Virus record (IMG/VR): IMGVR_UViG_3300031182_000013
Span: 1 to 33,916 of that record
Origin: a virus
Taxonomy: Duplodnaviria > Caudoviricetes
Direction: 5' to 3' (one strand)
Length of the DNA: 33,916 nt
Shown here: positions 6,159-16,129 of the stretch, piece after piece
Position numbering within the stretch: the stretch's first letter is position 1
Layout of the letters: the number at the start of each line of letters is the position of its first letter
The notes under the pieces: generated by a model
Seen by the model: the letters and a program-made list of their open reading frames with translations, nothing else
Told to the model about the DNA's origin: nothing
Database searches by the model: none
Position numbers and translations under genes: made by a program

Positions 6159-6593
6159 ATGTCTGTTCAAATCGTGATCAACGGCGAAAACGCAAACGAA
6201 GCTATCCAAGAACTCGCTGCTCTGTCCGCCGGGATCGCCGGCCGGAGTGTTCCGGCCGAAGCAGCACCTGCGCCGGAATCACCGAAAACCGAACGCTCCA
6301 CGCGGGCTGCTCGCACCAAGCCGGAACCGACCAAGGCACCGCCGGCCGCCCCGCGGGAACCGGAGGACGAACCGGTCAACGACGAGCCCGAGACCGACGA
6401 CAGCGGCGCCTCCGACGAACCGATCCCGACCGACGTCGAGCTGCGCGAGATTGCTCGGAAGATTGGTCAAACGTCGGAAGGAAAGGCCGCGATCAAGGAA
6501 CTGCTAGGCAAATACGGCGTGCCGAACATCACGGCCGTACCCAATGAAAAACGGGTCGCATTCAAACGCGATCTGGAGGCGCTGGCACGGTGA
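6159..6593 (+). CDS. Conserved phage protein preceding DUF2800 (Pro/Glu-rich linker, C-terminal helical domain)
   Basis: AGGAGG RBS; C-terminal IKELLGKYGVPNITAV; usual position in the PolA-type replication module. Confidence 0.8.
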   Translation: MSVQIVINGENANEAIQELAALSAGIAGRSVPAEAAPAPESPKTERSTRAARTKPEPTKAPPAAPREPEDEPVNDEPETDDSGASDEPIPTDVELREIARKIGQTSEGKAAIKELLGKYGVPNITAVPNEKRVAFKRDLEALAR

Positions 6594-7783
6594 TCGCACA
6601 CACCGAGCGGGCACACTCCCTGCTTTCCGCCTCCAAGGCGGAGCAGTGGATCAACTGCCCGCCAAGCGCCCGGTTGCAGGAAGGCATTCCGGACCGGCGG
6701 AGCGAGTACGCGGACGAGGGGACGCTGGCGCATGAGCTGGCCGAGGTCAAGCTACGGCGCCGGCTGCTCCCCGGCAATTCCGCGGAGAGGAAACGCCTCG
6801 ACGCCCGACTGCAGGAGATCAAGGCCAACCCGCTGTACTCCGCGGAGATGGAGCGGCTGATTCAGGAGTACGCGGAATTCGTCGAGGAGCGCTTCATGGC
6901 CGCAAAGGCCCGCAGCCCCGACGCCGTGATCCTGCTTGAGGAGAAGCTCGACTACTCCGAATGGACCGCCCCGGGGCAAACGGGAACCGGCGACATGGTG
7001 CTAATCGCGGACGGAATGCTCGAGCTTATCGACCTCAAGTATGGGAAGGGCGTCCCGGTCTCGGCAGTGGGAAACCCGCAAATCCGGCTCTATGCCCTCG
7101 GTGCCTGGTCGGGATACAGCTTCCTGTACGACATCCGGGAGATCCGGATGACGATCTACCAGCCGCGGCTCGATAGCATCAGCACGGACACGATGACCGT
7201 CGAGGAGCTGCTGGACTGGGCCGAGAACGTTGTGAAACCAGCCGCGCGGCTGGCCTATGAAGGCAAGGGCGATTTCAAGCCAGGCAATCACTGCCGCTGG
7301 TGCAAGGTGAAGGCCACCTGCCGCGCTCGTGCCGACGAGAACATGAAGGCGCTGCAGTATGAGTTCCAGGATCCGGCGCTCCTGACGCTCGACGAGATCG
7401 GGCAGATCCTGCACATCGCGCAGAAGCTGTCCGAATGGGCGAAGGACGTCGAGGAATACGCGCATGAACGAGCACTGGCCGGCGAACGGGTGCCAGGCTG
7501 GAAGCTGGTCGAGGGCCGGAGCAACAGGATCATTACCAATCCGGATGCGGCAAAAGAACGACTCGCCGGTGCCGGGCTGGAGCATGACGTGTATCTCAAG
7601 CCGCGGGAACTCTTCGGGATCGGCGAACTGGAGAAGCGAATCGGGAAGAAACAACTGGCCGAGATCCTGGGCGAGCTCATTCACAAGCCACCCGGCAAAC
7701 CGGTCCTCGTACCAGAGACAGACCCGCGGCCGGAACTCAATAGCATCGAACACGAATTCGCAAACGAAAACTGGGAGGACTGA
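6590..7783 (+). CDS. DUF2800 PD-(D/E)XK (Cas4-like) exonuclease
   Basis: HSLLSASKAEQWINCPPS, EGTLAH, GTGD, IDLKYGKG, QIRLYALG, HCRWC..KATC, GWKLVEGRS. Confidence 0.9.
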   Translation: MIAHTERAHSLLSASKAEQWINCPPSARLQEGIPDRRSEYADEGTLAHELAEVKLRRRLLPGNSAERKRLDARLQEIKANPLYSAEMERLIQEYAEFVEERFMAAKARSPDAVILLEEKLDYSEWTAPGQTGTGDMVLIADGMLELIDLKYGKGVPVSAVGNPQIRLYALGAWSGYSFLYDIREIRMTIYQPRLDSISTDTMTVEELLDWAENVVKPAARLAYEGKGDFKPGNHCRWCKVKATCRARADENMKALQYEFQDPALLTLDEIGQILHIAQKLSEWAKDVEEYAHERALAGERVPGWKLVEGRSNRIITNPDAAKERLAGAGLEHDVYLKPRELFGIGELEKRIGKKQLAEILGELIHKPPGKPVLVPETDPRPELNSIEHEFANENWED

Positions 7784-7788
7784 TCGAC

Positions 7789-8397
7789 ATGGCGAACAGT
7801 GCCGAAGCGACGAAAGTGATCACGGGGAAAGTGCGGCTCTCGTATGTGCGTCTTTTCGAGCCGCAAGTAACGGAAAACGGGGATGAGCGGCTCGAGCGGT
7901 ACAGCTGCAGCATTCTCATCCCCAAAGAAGACAAGGAAACGCTGCGCAAGATCAAAGCAGCCATCGACGCGGCGATTCAGGACGGCATCAACAGCAAATG
8001 GGGCGGGAAGCTCCCACCCAACCTGAAAAAGCCACTGCGGGACGGCGATACGGAGCGTCCGGATGATCCGGCCTATGCCGGCCACTACTTCATCAACGCT
8101 TCTAGCCTCACAAAGCCCGGCATCGCCAAACCGATCGGGAGGGGCCCGGACGGGAAAATGCGATTCCAGGAGATCACGGACAGCACCGAGGTCTACTCCG
8201 GCTGCTACGCCCGGGTGAGCCTGAACTTCTATGCCTACAACAAGAACGGCAATAAGGGTATCGGCGCCGGCATCAATAACGTTGTCAAGGTCCAGGACGG
8301 CGAATATCTCGGCGGCCGCGCACGACTTGAAGATGAATTTGCGGATGTCGACTTTGACGACGTGATGGACTTCGGAGACGATGATTTCCTGAACTGA
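7789..8397 (+). CDS. DUF2815 single-stranded DNA-binding protein (T7 gp2.5-like)
   Basis: KVITGKVRLSYV, PLRDGD, VYSGCYARVSLNFYAY..NGNKGI; acidic C-terminal tail. Confidence 0.9.
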   Translation: MANSAEATKVITGKVRLSYVRLFEPQVTENGDERLERYSCSILIPKEDKETLRKIKAAIDAAIQDGINSKWGGKLPPNLKKPLRDGDTERPDDPAYAGHYFINASSLTKPGIAKPIGRGPDGKMRFQEITDSTEVYSGCYARVSLNFYAYNKNGNKGIGAGINNVVKVQDGEYLGGRARLEDEFADVDFDDVMDFGDDDFLN

Positions 8398-8405
8398 GGT
8401 GAATA

Positions 8406-8438
8406 GGGAGATTCGAGGCTTCGGGTCTCCCTTTCTTT
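8406..8438 (+). terminator. Possible intrinsic terminator / hairpin after the SSB gene
   Basis: AGGGAGATTCGA...TCGGGTCTCCCT followed by TTCTTT. Confidence 0.5.
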
Positions 8439-8456
8439 CACCGCGAGGAGGCCATT

Positions 8457-10409
8457 ATGCCCGTTCTTTCAATCGACATCGAAACTTATTCCAGCGTAAG
8501 CCTGAAAGAGTGCGGCGTGTACCGGTACGTGGAGGCGCCGGATTTCGAAATCCTGCTGTTCGCTTACGCCTATGATGACGAGCCGGTTCAGGTCGTGGAT
8601 CTGACGGCCTTTGAGGATCTACCGGAACGGGTGCGGCTGGATCTCGCCGACCCAGCTGTGATCAAAACCGCGTTCAATGCCAACTTTGAACGGGTCTGCA
8701 TTGAGAAGCACTTCGGGATCCGCTGCGATCCGCGGCAATGGCGCTGCACGATGGTCTGGTCGCTTGCGCTGGGACTTCCCGGGAGCCTGGAAGGCGTGGC
8801 AGAAGCGCTCGGACTCGAGGCACAGAAGGACGCTCGAGGGAAAGCATTGATCAAGTATTTTAGCGTCCCATGCGCCCCGACCAAAGCCAATGGCGGCCGG
8901 ACACGGAACCACCCGGAACACGATCCGGACAAGTGGCGGCAGTTCATCGAGTACAACCGCCAGGACGTGGTAGTGGAACGGGAGATCCGGCGGTTCTTGG
9001 AGCGATTTCCGCTTCCTGACCACGAATGGGAGCTGTGGGCGCTGGATCAGGAGATCAACGACCGCGGCGTCCGGCTCGATCCGGTTCTCGTCCGGCAGGC
9101 CATCGCTTGCGACGCACAGTATGAAGAGCGTCTCATGCAGGAGGCCCGGGAACTCACCGGGCTGGAGAACCCGAACAGCGTCGAGCAGCTCAAAGAGTGG
9201 CTTGCAGAACGGGGCGTCGATGCCTCGGAGGGCCTGAGTAAGGAACAAATGCCGGTCCTGCTTGACCAGGCGCCAGACGAAGAAACGCGCCGTGTGTTGG
9301 AGCTTCGACAAGCCTTGGCCAAGACCAGCGTGGACAAATACAACGCGATGGAGCGCTGCATGTGTTCCGACGAACGGGCCCGGGGACTTCTCCAGTTTTG
9401 TGGCGCCGGCCGAACTTGGCGCTGGGCTGGACGACTGATCCAAGTTCAGAATCTACCTCAGAACAAGATCAAGGACTTGGCGCTTGCCCGGGAAACGCTC
9501 CGAAGTGGCGATTTCGAGATGCTGGAGATGCTTTTCGGCCTGCCGCCGTTCGTCCTGTCGCAGCTAATACGGACGGCCTTCATTCCGTCGCCAGGTTGCC
9601 GGTTCATCGTCGCGGACTTCTCGGCCATCGAGGCGCGCATCGTGGCATGGCTAGCGGACGAAAAATGGGTGATCGACGTTTTCCGCGACCATGGGAAGAT
9701 CTACGAGGCGACGGCCGCCATGATGTTCAAGGTGCCCATTGAGACGATTGTCAAGGGGCATCCAAACTACGAGCTGCGGGCGAAGGGGAAAGTGGCCGTG
9801 CTGGCCTGCGGATACGGCGGGGGACCGGATGCAATGGCAAAGATGGATTCCAAAAAAGAAATCGATTCCGATGACTACCCGCGAATCGTCCGCCAGTGGC
9901 GCAAAGCAAACCCGAACATCGTCCGGCTGTGGTACGCGACCGAAGAGGCCGCCATTCAAGCCGTGCAAAAGAAAACGACGGTCAAACTGGCGCACGGCGT
10001 CCGGTACCGATATGAGTCCGGCGTATTGTTCGCGGACCTGCCCAGCGGGCGAAGCCTAGCGTATCAAAGCCCGGAGATCCGACCTGATCTGAAATTCGGA
10101 AAAGACGGCCTCGTGTACAAGACGCAGAAAAACAAGTGGGTTGAGGTGCGTACCTGGGGCGGGACGCTCGTGGAAAATCTCGTTCAAGCTATCGCTCGCG
10201 ACTGCCTCGCCGAAGCGATGCGCCGGCTGGACGCGGCAGGGTACGACATCGTAATGCATGTGCACGACGAAATCGTACTGGACGTGCCGATCGGGACCGG
10301 CTCTGTCAAGGAAGTCACAGAGATCATGAGCCGACCGATCGACTGGGCGCCCGGGCTGCCGCTCGCGGCCGCGGGGTTCGAATGCGACTTCTACAAGAAG
10401 AATGACTGA
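8457..10409 (+). CDS. Phage family A DNA polymerase with 3'-5' exonuclease domain
   Basis: Exo I SIDIETYS; motif A VADFSAIEAR; motif B RAKGKVAVLACGYGG; motif C MHVHDEIV. Confidence 0.95.
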   Translation: MPVLSIDIETYSSVSLKECGVYRYVEAPDFEILLFAYAYDDEPVQVVDLTAFEDLPERVRLDLADPAVIKTAFNANFERVCIEKHFGIRCDPRQWRCTMVWSLALGLPGSLEGVAEALGLEAQKDARGKALIKYFSVPCAPTKANGGRTRNHPEHDPDKWRQFIEYNRQDVVVEREIRRFLERFPLPDHEWELWALDQEINDRGVRLDPVLVRQAIACDAQYEERLMQEARELTGLENPNSVEQLKEWLAERGVDASEGLSKEQMPVLLDQAPDEETRRVLELRQALAKTSVDKYNAMERCMCSDERARGLLQFCGAGRTWRWAGRLIQVQNLPQNKIKDLALARETLRSGDFEMLEMLFGLPPFVLSQLIRTAFIPSPGCRFIVADFSAIEARIVAWLADEKWVIDVFRDHGKIYEATAAMMFKVPIETIVKGHPNYELRAKGKVAVLACGYGGGPDAMAKMDSKKEIDSDDYPRIVRQWRKANPNIVRLWYATEEAAIQAVQKKTTVKLAHGVRYRYESGVLFADLPSGRSLAYQSPEIRPDLKFGKDGLVYKTQKNKWVEVRTWGGTLVENLVQAIARDCLAEAMRRLDAAGYDIVMHVHDEIVLDVPIGTGSVKEVTEIMSRPIDWAPGLPLAAAGFECDFYKKND

Positions 10410-11220
10410 GGGGGTGGGCGGCATGTTGCCTGGCCGATCTTCTGGAGTTCACGGGACACCCGTACCGAAACGCGATGTCGAGCTGAAATCTCGCGGATCC
10501 GGACCGGTAATCACCTACAAGCTGAGCCCGGAGGAACTCAAGCAGTATCTCCAGCACCTCGCCAGTCCGGAGAACAAGAAAACGCCTTTCGTTTTCTCCA
10601 AGCCAAAGAAAAGTGATCAGGAAAAGGAGGAAGCCGCCGTGGCGGAACTGACCAGGGAGGAGTATCTACGGCTGCGGCTCGAAGGCAAGGGCCGTGCCGC
10701 AATCCAGCGGGAACATTTCCGGAACAACTCCACAAAATTCTACCGGACCCTCAAAGAGTGGGGAATCCGGGAAATGGAAGACGAAGAGAGAGAACTGGAG
10801 CAGCTGAAAACTGAACAGACGCAGCCGGCTAAATCGGACCCGTATAAGGAAACCGCAGAAAAAATGTTCTCCCAAGATTTGCAGCAGGATCTGCAAAAGG
10901 ACGCGATCGTTGAACGCCTCGACCAGCTGCTCGCGGAGAAAACGGCCCGGATCAAGGAACTGGAGGAGGCTGTCACCCAGCTCCAGGCGGAACGGGACGC
11001 CCTGCTGCAGACGGTTGAGAAGGCCGTAGACACCTATTCGGACCAAACCTCCGAAATCAAGCTCATCGACGTGATCGATCTCGCCACGGAAGGCCTAACC
11101 GGCGTTGCTGCCTACTGTACCGGAGCCGTGATTCAGCACCTGTGGGCGTGGAAAAGTGTCGAGGATCTGAAAAAGGCCCGCTGGCACCTGGACCAGCTCA
11201 TCGAGGAAGCGGCGAAATGA
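10402..11220 (+). CDS. Hypothetical coiled-coil protein with C-terminal DUF3310-like segment
   Basis: Central heptad-rich region; C-terminal IDVI...AYCTGAVIQHLWAWKSVEDLKKARWHL; start may be ATG 10423. Confidence 0.7.
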   Translation: MTEGVGGMLPGRSSGVHGTPVPKRDVELKSRGSGPVITYKLSPEELKQYLQHLASPENKKTPFVFSKPKKSDQEKEEAAVAELTREEYLRLRLEGKGRAAIQREHFRNNSTKFYRTLKEWGIREMEDEERELEQLKTEQTQPAKSDPYKETAEKMFSQDLQQDLQKDAIVERLDQLLAEKTARIKELEEAVTQLQAERDALLQTVEKAVDTYSDQTSEIKLIDVIDLATEGLTGVAAYCTGAVIQHLWAWKSVEDLKKARWHLDQLIEEAAK

Positions 11221-11555
11221 TTACCGTCCTGAAATGGGGCGCCATGTACGGGATGCTCGAAGAAGGGGAGACGATCCGAACAGAAGCCATCCAGCTCGGA
11301 GAACAGCTGATAGTTCCCGGCGATCGAATCACAAAGATCGGCAGCAAGGCTCGCACTGCATTCGAAATGCAGGATGGCTTCTGGCTGGAATACGTCGGTC
11401 GGGTGGACCGCATAATCCTGTTCGTCTCCAGGCCGACCGGAGCGAACGGCGACCCCTGGTATTACGCTTTTCACTACGTCGACCCGGAGACGCTCATTAT
11501 CGGGTCGGCGCACGGTTGTAAGGACATAGTGCCGGATGTTGTTCAATTCGTTTAG
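11217..11555 (+). CDS. Hypothetical phage protein
   Basis: ATGA overlap with upstream stop, GAGGA RBS. Confidence 0.7.
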   Translation: MITVLKWGAMYGMLEEGETIRTEAIQLGEQLIVPGDRITKIGSKARTAFEMQDGFWLEYVGRVDRIILFVSRPTGANGDPWYYAFHYVDPETLIIGSAHGCKDIVPDVVQFV

Positions 11556-11557
11556 GG

Positions 11558-13933
11558 ATGGTGCTTCGCATGGAACTCGACATCAGCTTCGGCAAGCACC
11601 GAGCCGACACAAACTGGAAACCGGAATACCTAACTTGGGAAGAGTTCGTCGACCGGCTGCGGAAGATCCGGCGCACCAGCGAAACCATGGCCGAGTACGA
11701 CCGGATGAGCGCCCCGGCCCGGGACAAGGTGAAAAACGGTCCGGCATTCGTGGGCGGCTTCATCCGGGGCGGCCGGCGGAAGAAGCAGAACGTGGAGTCC
11801 CGCAGCCTCATCACGCTCGACGCCGATCACGCCGACGAGGATTTCCTATTCGCCGCGGAACTCGCCCTGGGCGGCCATGCCTATGCCGTCTATTCCACCC
11901 ACAGCCACCGGCCGCACCGGCCGAGATACCGCCTGATCGCCCCGGCGAGCCGCCGGATGAGCCCGGACGAATACGGCGCGGTCAGCCGAAAAATCGCCGA
12001 CTGGATCGGGATGCACTACTTCGACCGCACTACGTTCGACGTCCACCGGCTTATGTACCTGCCGAGTTGCAGCAAAGACGCTGAGCCGGTGCTGCACGTC
12101 TACGACGGCGATCCGATCGACGTGGACCGGGTGCTCGCGGAATACGACGACTGGCAGGACTTTTCGTCCTGGCCGCGGCATCCGGACGAGGACAAGCCGG
12201 CGCGGCAGGCGGCCAAAAAGATGGAGGATCCGCACACCAAAAACGGCCTCGTCGGCGCCTTCTGCCGGGCCTACACGATCAGCCAGGCGATCGCGACGTT
12301 TCTGCCGGACGTCTACGTGCCGGTCGACGACAGCCTGACCAGATACACCTACGCCCACGGCACCGGGCACGGCGGTCTGGTGGTCTACGATAACGACACG
12401 TTCGCCTATTCACACCACCAGAGTGACCCAGTGGGCGGCAGGGAGGTAAACGCCTTTGATCTCGTCCGGATCCACAAGTTCGGGCATTTGGACGACGACG
12501 TGACGGAGACAACAAATATCACCAAGCTCCCAAGCTACGCCGCCATGTGCGCCTTTGCCGCCCAGGACCCGGCAGTGAAACGCCTCATGACCGAAGAACG
12601 GCAGCGGGAGTATGAGGAGATCGCCCGGCAGCTGGAAGAAGAGTCGGACGACGATGAGGAAGACGACGACAGCTGGATGGAGTTGCTTGAACGGCACAAG
12701 CGGACCGGCGAGATCCTGCCGACGCCAGGAAACATCGAAATCATCCTCTCCCGCGGCGAGTGGAAGGGTGTCCTCGCCTACGATGAATTCGCCAACACCG
12801 AGGTCATCCGCAAGGACTTGCCCTGGCGAAAGCGTCTGAAGCCGGATGCACCCTATGAGCCGTGGCTGGCGGAGGACGACCGTCGTCTCCGGCATTGGTT
12901 CGGCAAGAAATACAACATACGGGGCGCGGCGGCGATCCTCGACGCCTTCACCGAGGTCACCCGTCGCCGGCGGTTCCACCCGATCAAGGAATACCTGGAA
13001 TCGCAGGTGTGGGACGGCGTGCAGCGGGCGGAGCGGATCTTCATCACATACCTCGGCGCAGCGGACACGCACTACGTGCGCCAAGTGACGCGGAAAATGC
13101 TGCTCGCGGCCGTCACGCGCCTCTACCGGCCAGGGTGCAAATTCGACCAGATGCTCGTCCTGATCGGTCCGCAGGGCGCCGGCAAGAGCTCGCTGCTGGC
13201 AAAGCTGGGCCGGAAGTGGTTTTCTGATTCGCTCAAGACCTTTGAGAACAAAGAAGCCGGCGAACACCTGCAAAATGGCTGGATCTTCGAGATCAGCGAG
13301 CTCTCCGCAATGAAGCGGTCCGAAGTCGAGGAGGTCAAGGCGTTCCTTTCAAAGACTGAAGACCGCTATCGGGTGGCCTATGACCGGCAGGTGTCGGAAT
13401 TCCCGAGGAAATGCGTGTTTTTCGGCACGACCAACACACGGGAGTTCCTCCGGGACACCACCGGAAACCGTAGATTTTGGCCGGTGGAGGTGGACCCGAA
13501 GAGGGCAGAACTGAACCATTGGGAGCACCTCACGGACGAGCTGGTAGGGCAAATCTGGGCGGAGGTTCTTACGTGGTTCAGGGCGGGCGAGAGCTTGGAA
13601 CTGGATAAGGAAGCCCGGGAGGAAGCGGAAAGGCAGCAAGCGATGTATACCGAAACCGATCCGCGGGAGGGCATCATCCAGGAGTGGCTCGAGAGCGAGG
13701 AGCTGGACGAGCTGGACCGGCCGACCGGGCGAAAACGGCAGCGGGTGTGTGCTGCGCAGATATGGGTGGAGTGCCTGGGAAACAAAAAAGGGTCGATGAA
13801 ACCGTGGGAGGCGAAGGAGATCGTGGAAATCATGCGGCGCATGCCTGGGTGGGTTGAGAGAAAGGGGCGGGCCCAAGTACCAGGATATGGGAAACAGACG
13901 GTATTTGAGAGAGTCGAAACCGATGGGCAGTAA
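11558..13933 (+). CDS. VapE (virulence-associated E) primase-polymerase/helicase
   Basis: N-terminal AEP-like TLDAD...YSTHSH...RYRL; Walker A GPQGAGKS; EISEL; FFGTTN...LRDTTGNRRF. Confidence 0.92.
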   Translation: MVLRMELDISFGKHRADTNWKPEYLTWEEFVDRLRKIRRTSETMAEYDRMSAPARDKVKNGPAFVGGFIRGGRRKKQNVESRSLITLDADHADEDFLFAAELALGGHAYAVYSTHSHRPHRPRYRLIAPASRRMSPDEYGAVSRKIADWIGMHYFDRTTFDVHRLMYLPSCSKDAEPVLHVYDGDPIDVDRVLAEYDDWQDFSSWPRHPDEDKPARQAAKKMEDPHTKNGLVGAFCRAYTISQAIATFLPDVYVPVDDSLTRYTYAHGTGHGGLVVYDNDTFAYSHHQSDPVGGREVNAFDLVRIHKFGHLDDDVTETTNITKLPSYAAMCAFAAQDPAVKRLMTEERQREYEEIARQLEEESDDDEEDDDSWMELLERHKRTGEILPTPGNIEIILSRGEWKGVLAYDEFANTEVIRKDLPWRKRLKPDAPYEPWLAEDDRRLRHWFGKKYNIRGAAAILDAFTEVTRRRRFHPIKEYLESQVWDGVQRAERIFITYLGAADTHYVRQVTRKMLLAAVTRLYRPGCKFDQMLVLIGPQGAGKSSLLAKLGRKWFSDSLKTFENKEAGEHLQNGWIFEISELSAMKRSEVEEVKAFLSKTEDRYRVAYDRQVSEFPRKCVFFGTTNTREFLRDTTGNRRFWPVEVDPKRAELNHWEHLTDELVGQIWAEVLTWFRAGESLELDKEAREEAERQQAMYTETDPREGIIQEWLESEELDELDRPTGRKRQRVCAAQIWVECLGNKKGSMKPWEAKEIVEIMRRMPGWVERKGRAQVPGYGKQTVFERVETDGQ

Positions 13934-14190
13934 TCAAAGAATTACTGTCCCCGCACTGTCCTCACTGTCCTTGTCGAGGACAGAAAGGACAGTAAAAGGA
14001 CAGTAAAAATGAAAATACTGTCCGGCGGAAATGCCAGTCATATCAAGGGATTTCAGTTTTGAGGACAGTAAGGACAGTAATTTTCAATTAAAAAATTTAA
14101 ATGGAATTTAGCATATGTCAAAAAGTCCGGAAGATATGCTAAACACGATTTTAGTCAATATACGCGCGCGCGCGTGTCCTGCTGTCCTCC
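13925..14190. repeat. Putative phage replication origin: ten GGACAG/CTGTCC iterons in mirrored arrangement plus AT-rich tract
   Basis: CTGTCC at 13945, 13956, 13965, 14018, 14182; GGACAG at 13978, 13987, 13998, 14063, 14072; AT-rich stretch about 14078-14112; directly after vapE. Confidence 0.7.
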
Positions 14191-14208
14191 GGTGAGAGGA
14201 GAAGCGAG

Positions 14209-14487
14209 ATGCGAGAATCACGACTGGAGCGAAATTTCCGCCTGGCGGTGAAAGCCATCGGCGGGGAAGCACCGAAGTGGGTAAGCCCCGGCAACCGGGG
14301 TGTTCCTGATCGGATTGTAATTCTTCCTGGCGGCCGGACGGTTTATGTCGAGCTGAAGGCACCGGGGCGGCCGCTGACACCGCTGCAACAGAAGTGGAAG
14401 CAAAAGCTGGAGCAGCTTGGGCACCGGCATTACAAGATCGATTCCGTCGAGGACATCGTGAGATTCATCCGGGAGGTGAGCGGGTGA
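14209..14487 (+). CDS. VRR-NUC domain nuclease (Holliday junction resolvase-like)
   Basis: MRESRLE...KWVSPGNRGVPDRIV...YVELKAPG..LTPLQ. Confidence 0.92.
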   Translation: MRESRLERNFRLAVKAIGGEAPKWVSPGNRGVPDRIVILPGGRTVYVELKAPGRPLTPLQQKWKQKLEQLGHRHYKIDSVEDIVRFIREVSG

Positions 14488-15863
14488 AATACGTACCGCA
14501 CAAATACCAGGAATACGCCATCCAGCGGATCATCGATACGCCATATATTGCGCTGCTTCTCGACATGGGTCTCGGCAAGACTTCGGCGACGCTGACGGCG
14601 ATTGATCTTCTGCTGCATGACTACTTCGACGTGAACAAGGTGCTGGTCATCGCCCCGCTGCGGGTGGCGGAAAACACCTGGCCGCGGGAGATCGAGAAGT
14701 GGGATCACCTCCGGCATCTGCGGATTTCGAAGGTTTTGGGTTCTGCGGCGCAGCGCCGGCGAGCGCTGAAAGCTGACGCGGATATTTGGATCATCAACCG
14801 GGAAAACACGGAGTGGCTTGTGGCCGAATATGGCAGCCGGTGGCCGTTTGACATGGTGGTGATCGACGAATCGAGCAGCTTTAAGAACCACCAGTCCAAG
14901 CGGTTCCGGGCACTCCGCCGGGTGCGTCCGATGATACGGCGGCTGGTGGAGCTGACCGGCACGCCGGCGCCGAACGGCCTCATGGACCTGTGGGCGCAGA
15001 TCTATCTGCTTGACCAAGGCGAGCGCCTCGGTAGGACGATCACAGGATTTCGGGAGCGGTTCTTCATCCCGATCATGAAAGGCACCTACACGGAGTGGAA
15101 GGCGAAGGCCGAATCCAAACAGCGGATCTACGAGGCGATCGGCGACATCGTGGTCAGCATGAAGGCCGAGGACTGGCTGGAGCTGCCGCCGCTGGTGGAA
15201 CGGACCATGTCGATCCGGCTGTCAGACGAGGCCCGGGCGTTGTACCGGAAGCTGGAACGGGATCTCTTGCTGCCGTTTGCCGACGCTGACGTCGTGGCCA
15301 GCACGGCGGCGGTTCTCAGCAACAAGCTGTTGCAGATGGCTTCCGGCGCCGTGTACGACGAGGAGCGCGGGGTGAAACACATCCATGACGCGAAGCTGGA
15401 TGCGTTGGAAGACATCATCGAGGCGGCGAACGGCAAACCCGTCATGGTGTTCTACTACTACCAGCACAGCCTGGACCGGATTCGCCGGCGGTTCCCGCAG
15501 GCCCGAGTGCTGCGAAAGGGGAAGGACGGCGAAGAGGACATCCGGGCCTGGAACAACGATGAGATTCCGTTATTGGTGCTTCATCCGAAATCGGCCGGGC
15601 ACGGGCTGAACCTGCAGGAGTCGAGCTGCCAGACCGTGGTGTGGTTCGACCAGATCTGGAGCCTCGAGGATTACCTGCAGGCGAACGCCCGGGTGCACCG
15701 GCAGGGACAGACGAAACGGATTGTGGTGTTGCGGCTGGTGGCTGAGGACACGATGGATGAGGATGCGGTGGAGGCGATCGAGCGGAAAGCAGCTGGCCAG
15801 GAAGCCTTGATGCAGGCTGTGAAGGCGAGGATTGAGCGGGTACGGGAGGCGATGGTGGTATGA
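14484..15863 (+). CDS. SNF2-family (SF2) helicase
   Basis: PHKYQ, DMGLGKT, VIDESS, LTGTP, SAGHGLNLQ, QANARVHRQGQ; GTG start after GGAGGTG. Confidence 0.93.
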   Translation: MKYVPHKYQEYAIQRIIDTPYIALLLDMGLGKTSATLTAIDLLLHDYFDVNKVLVIAPLRVAENTWPREIEKWDHLRHLRISKVLGSAAQRRRALKADADIWIINRENTEWLVAEYGSRWPFDMVVIDESSSFKNHQSKRFRALRRVRPMIRRLVELTGTPAPNGLMDLWAQIYLLDQGERLGRTITGFRERFFIPIMKGTYTEWKAKAESKQRIYEAIGDIVVSMKAEDWLELPPLVERTMSIRLSDEARALYRKLERDLLLPFADADVVASTAAVLSNKLLQMASGAVYDEERGVKHIHDAKLDALEDIIEAANGKPVMVFYYYQHSLDRIRRRFPQARVLRKGKDGEEDIRAWNNDEIPLLVLHPKSAGHGLNLQESSCQTVVWFDQIWSLEDYLQANARVHRQGQTKRIVVLRLVAEDTMDEDAVEAIERKAAGQEALMQAVKARIERVREAMVV

Positions 15864-16129
15864 GCCGCGAAGATAAACGAGCCTTTTACCAGCGAGTCAG
15901 AAAGCTGGGCTACCGCGATTTCTGGCAAGCCATGGACGAGCTGCACACCCGGGCCTACAACTTGGCCGTGAAACACTATCAGGAAGCGATGGACATCGTC
16001 TTGCAGCCGCGGCAAAAGGCCGCCGTAGTGGCGAAGGCGGAGGAGATCCGCGAGTTGTGGGATGGGATATTCGCGGTGAACACGGACGTGACGGAAGGGG
16101 TGGAGCTGGATGATCCGGGAGGACACTGA
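15860..16129 (+). CDS. Hypothetical phage protein
   Basis: ATGA overlap with the helicase stop, GGAGG RBS. Confidence 0.75.
   Translation: MSREDKRAFYQRVRKLGYRDFWQAMDELHTRAYNLAVKHYQEAMDIVLQPRQKAAVVAKAEEIRELWDGIFAVNTDVTEGVELDDPGGH

Noticed and set aside
6590-7783. Cas4-like nuclease as sign of a CRISPR-Cas locus
   Set aside because: No repeat-spacer array or other cas genes; DUF2800 is a standard part of this replication module
13925-14190. Repeats as a CRISPR array
   Set aside because: Units are only 6-9 bp, occur in both orientations and lack spacer-length unique sequences
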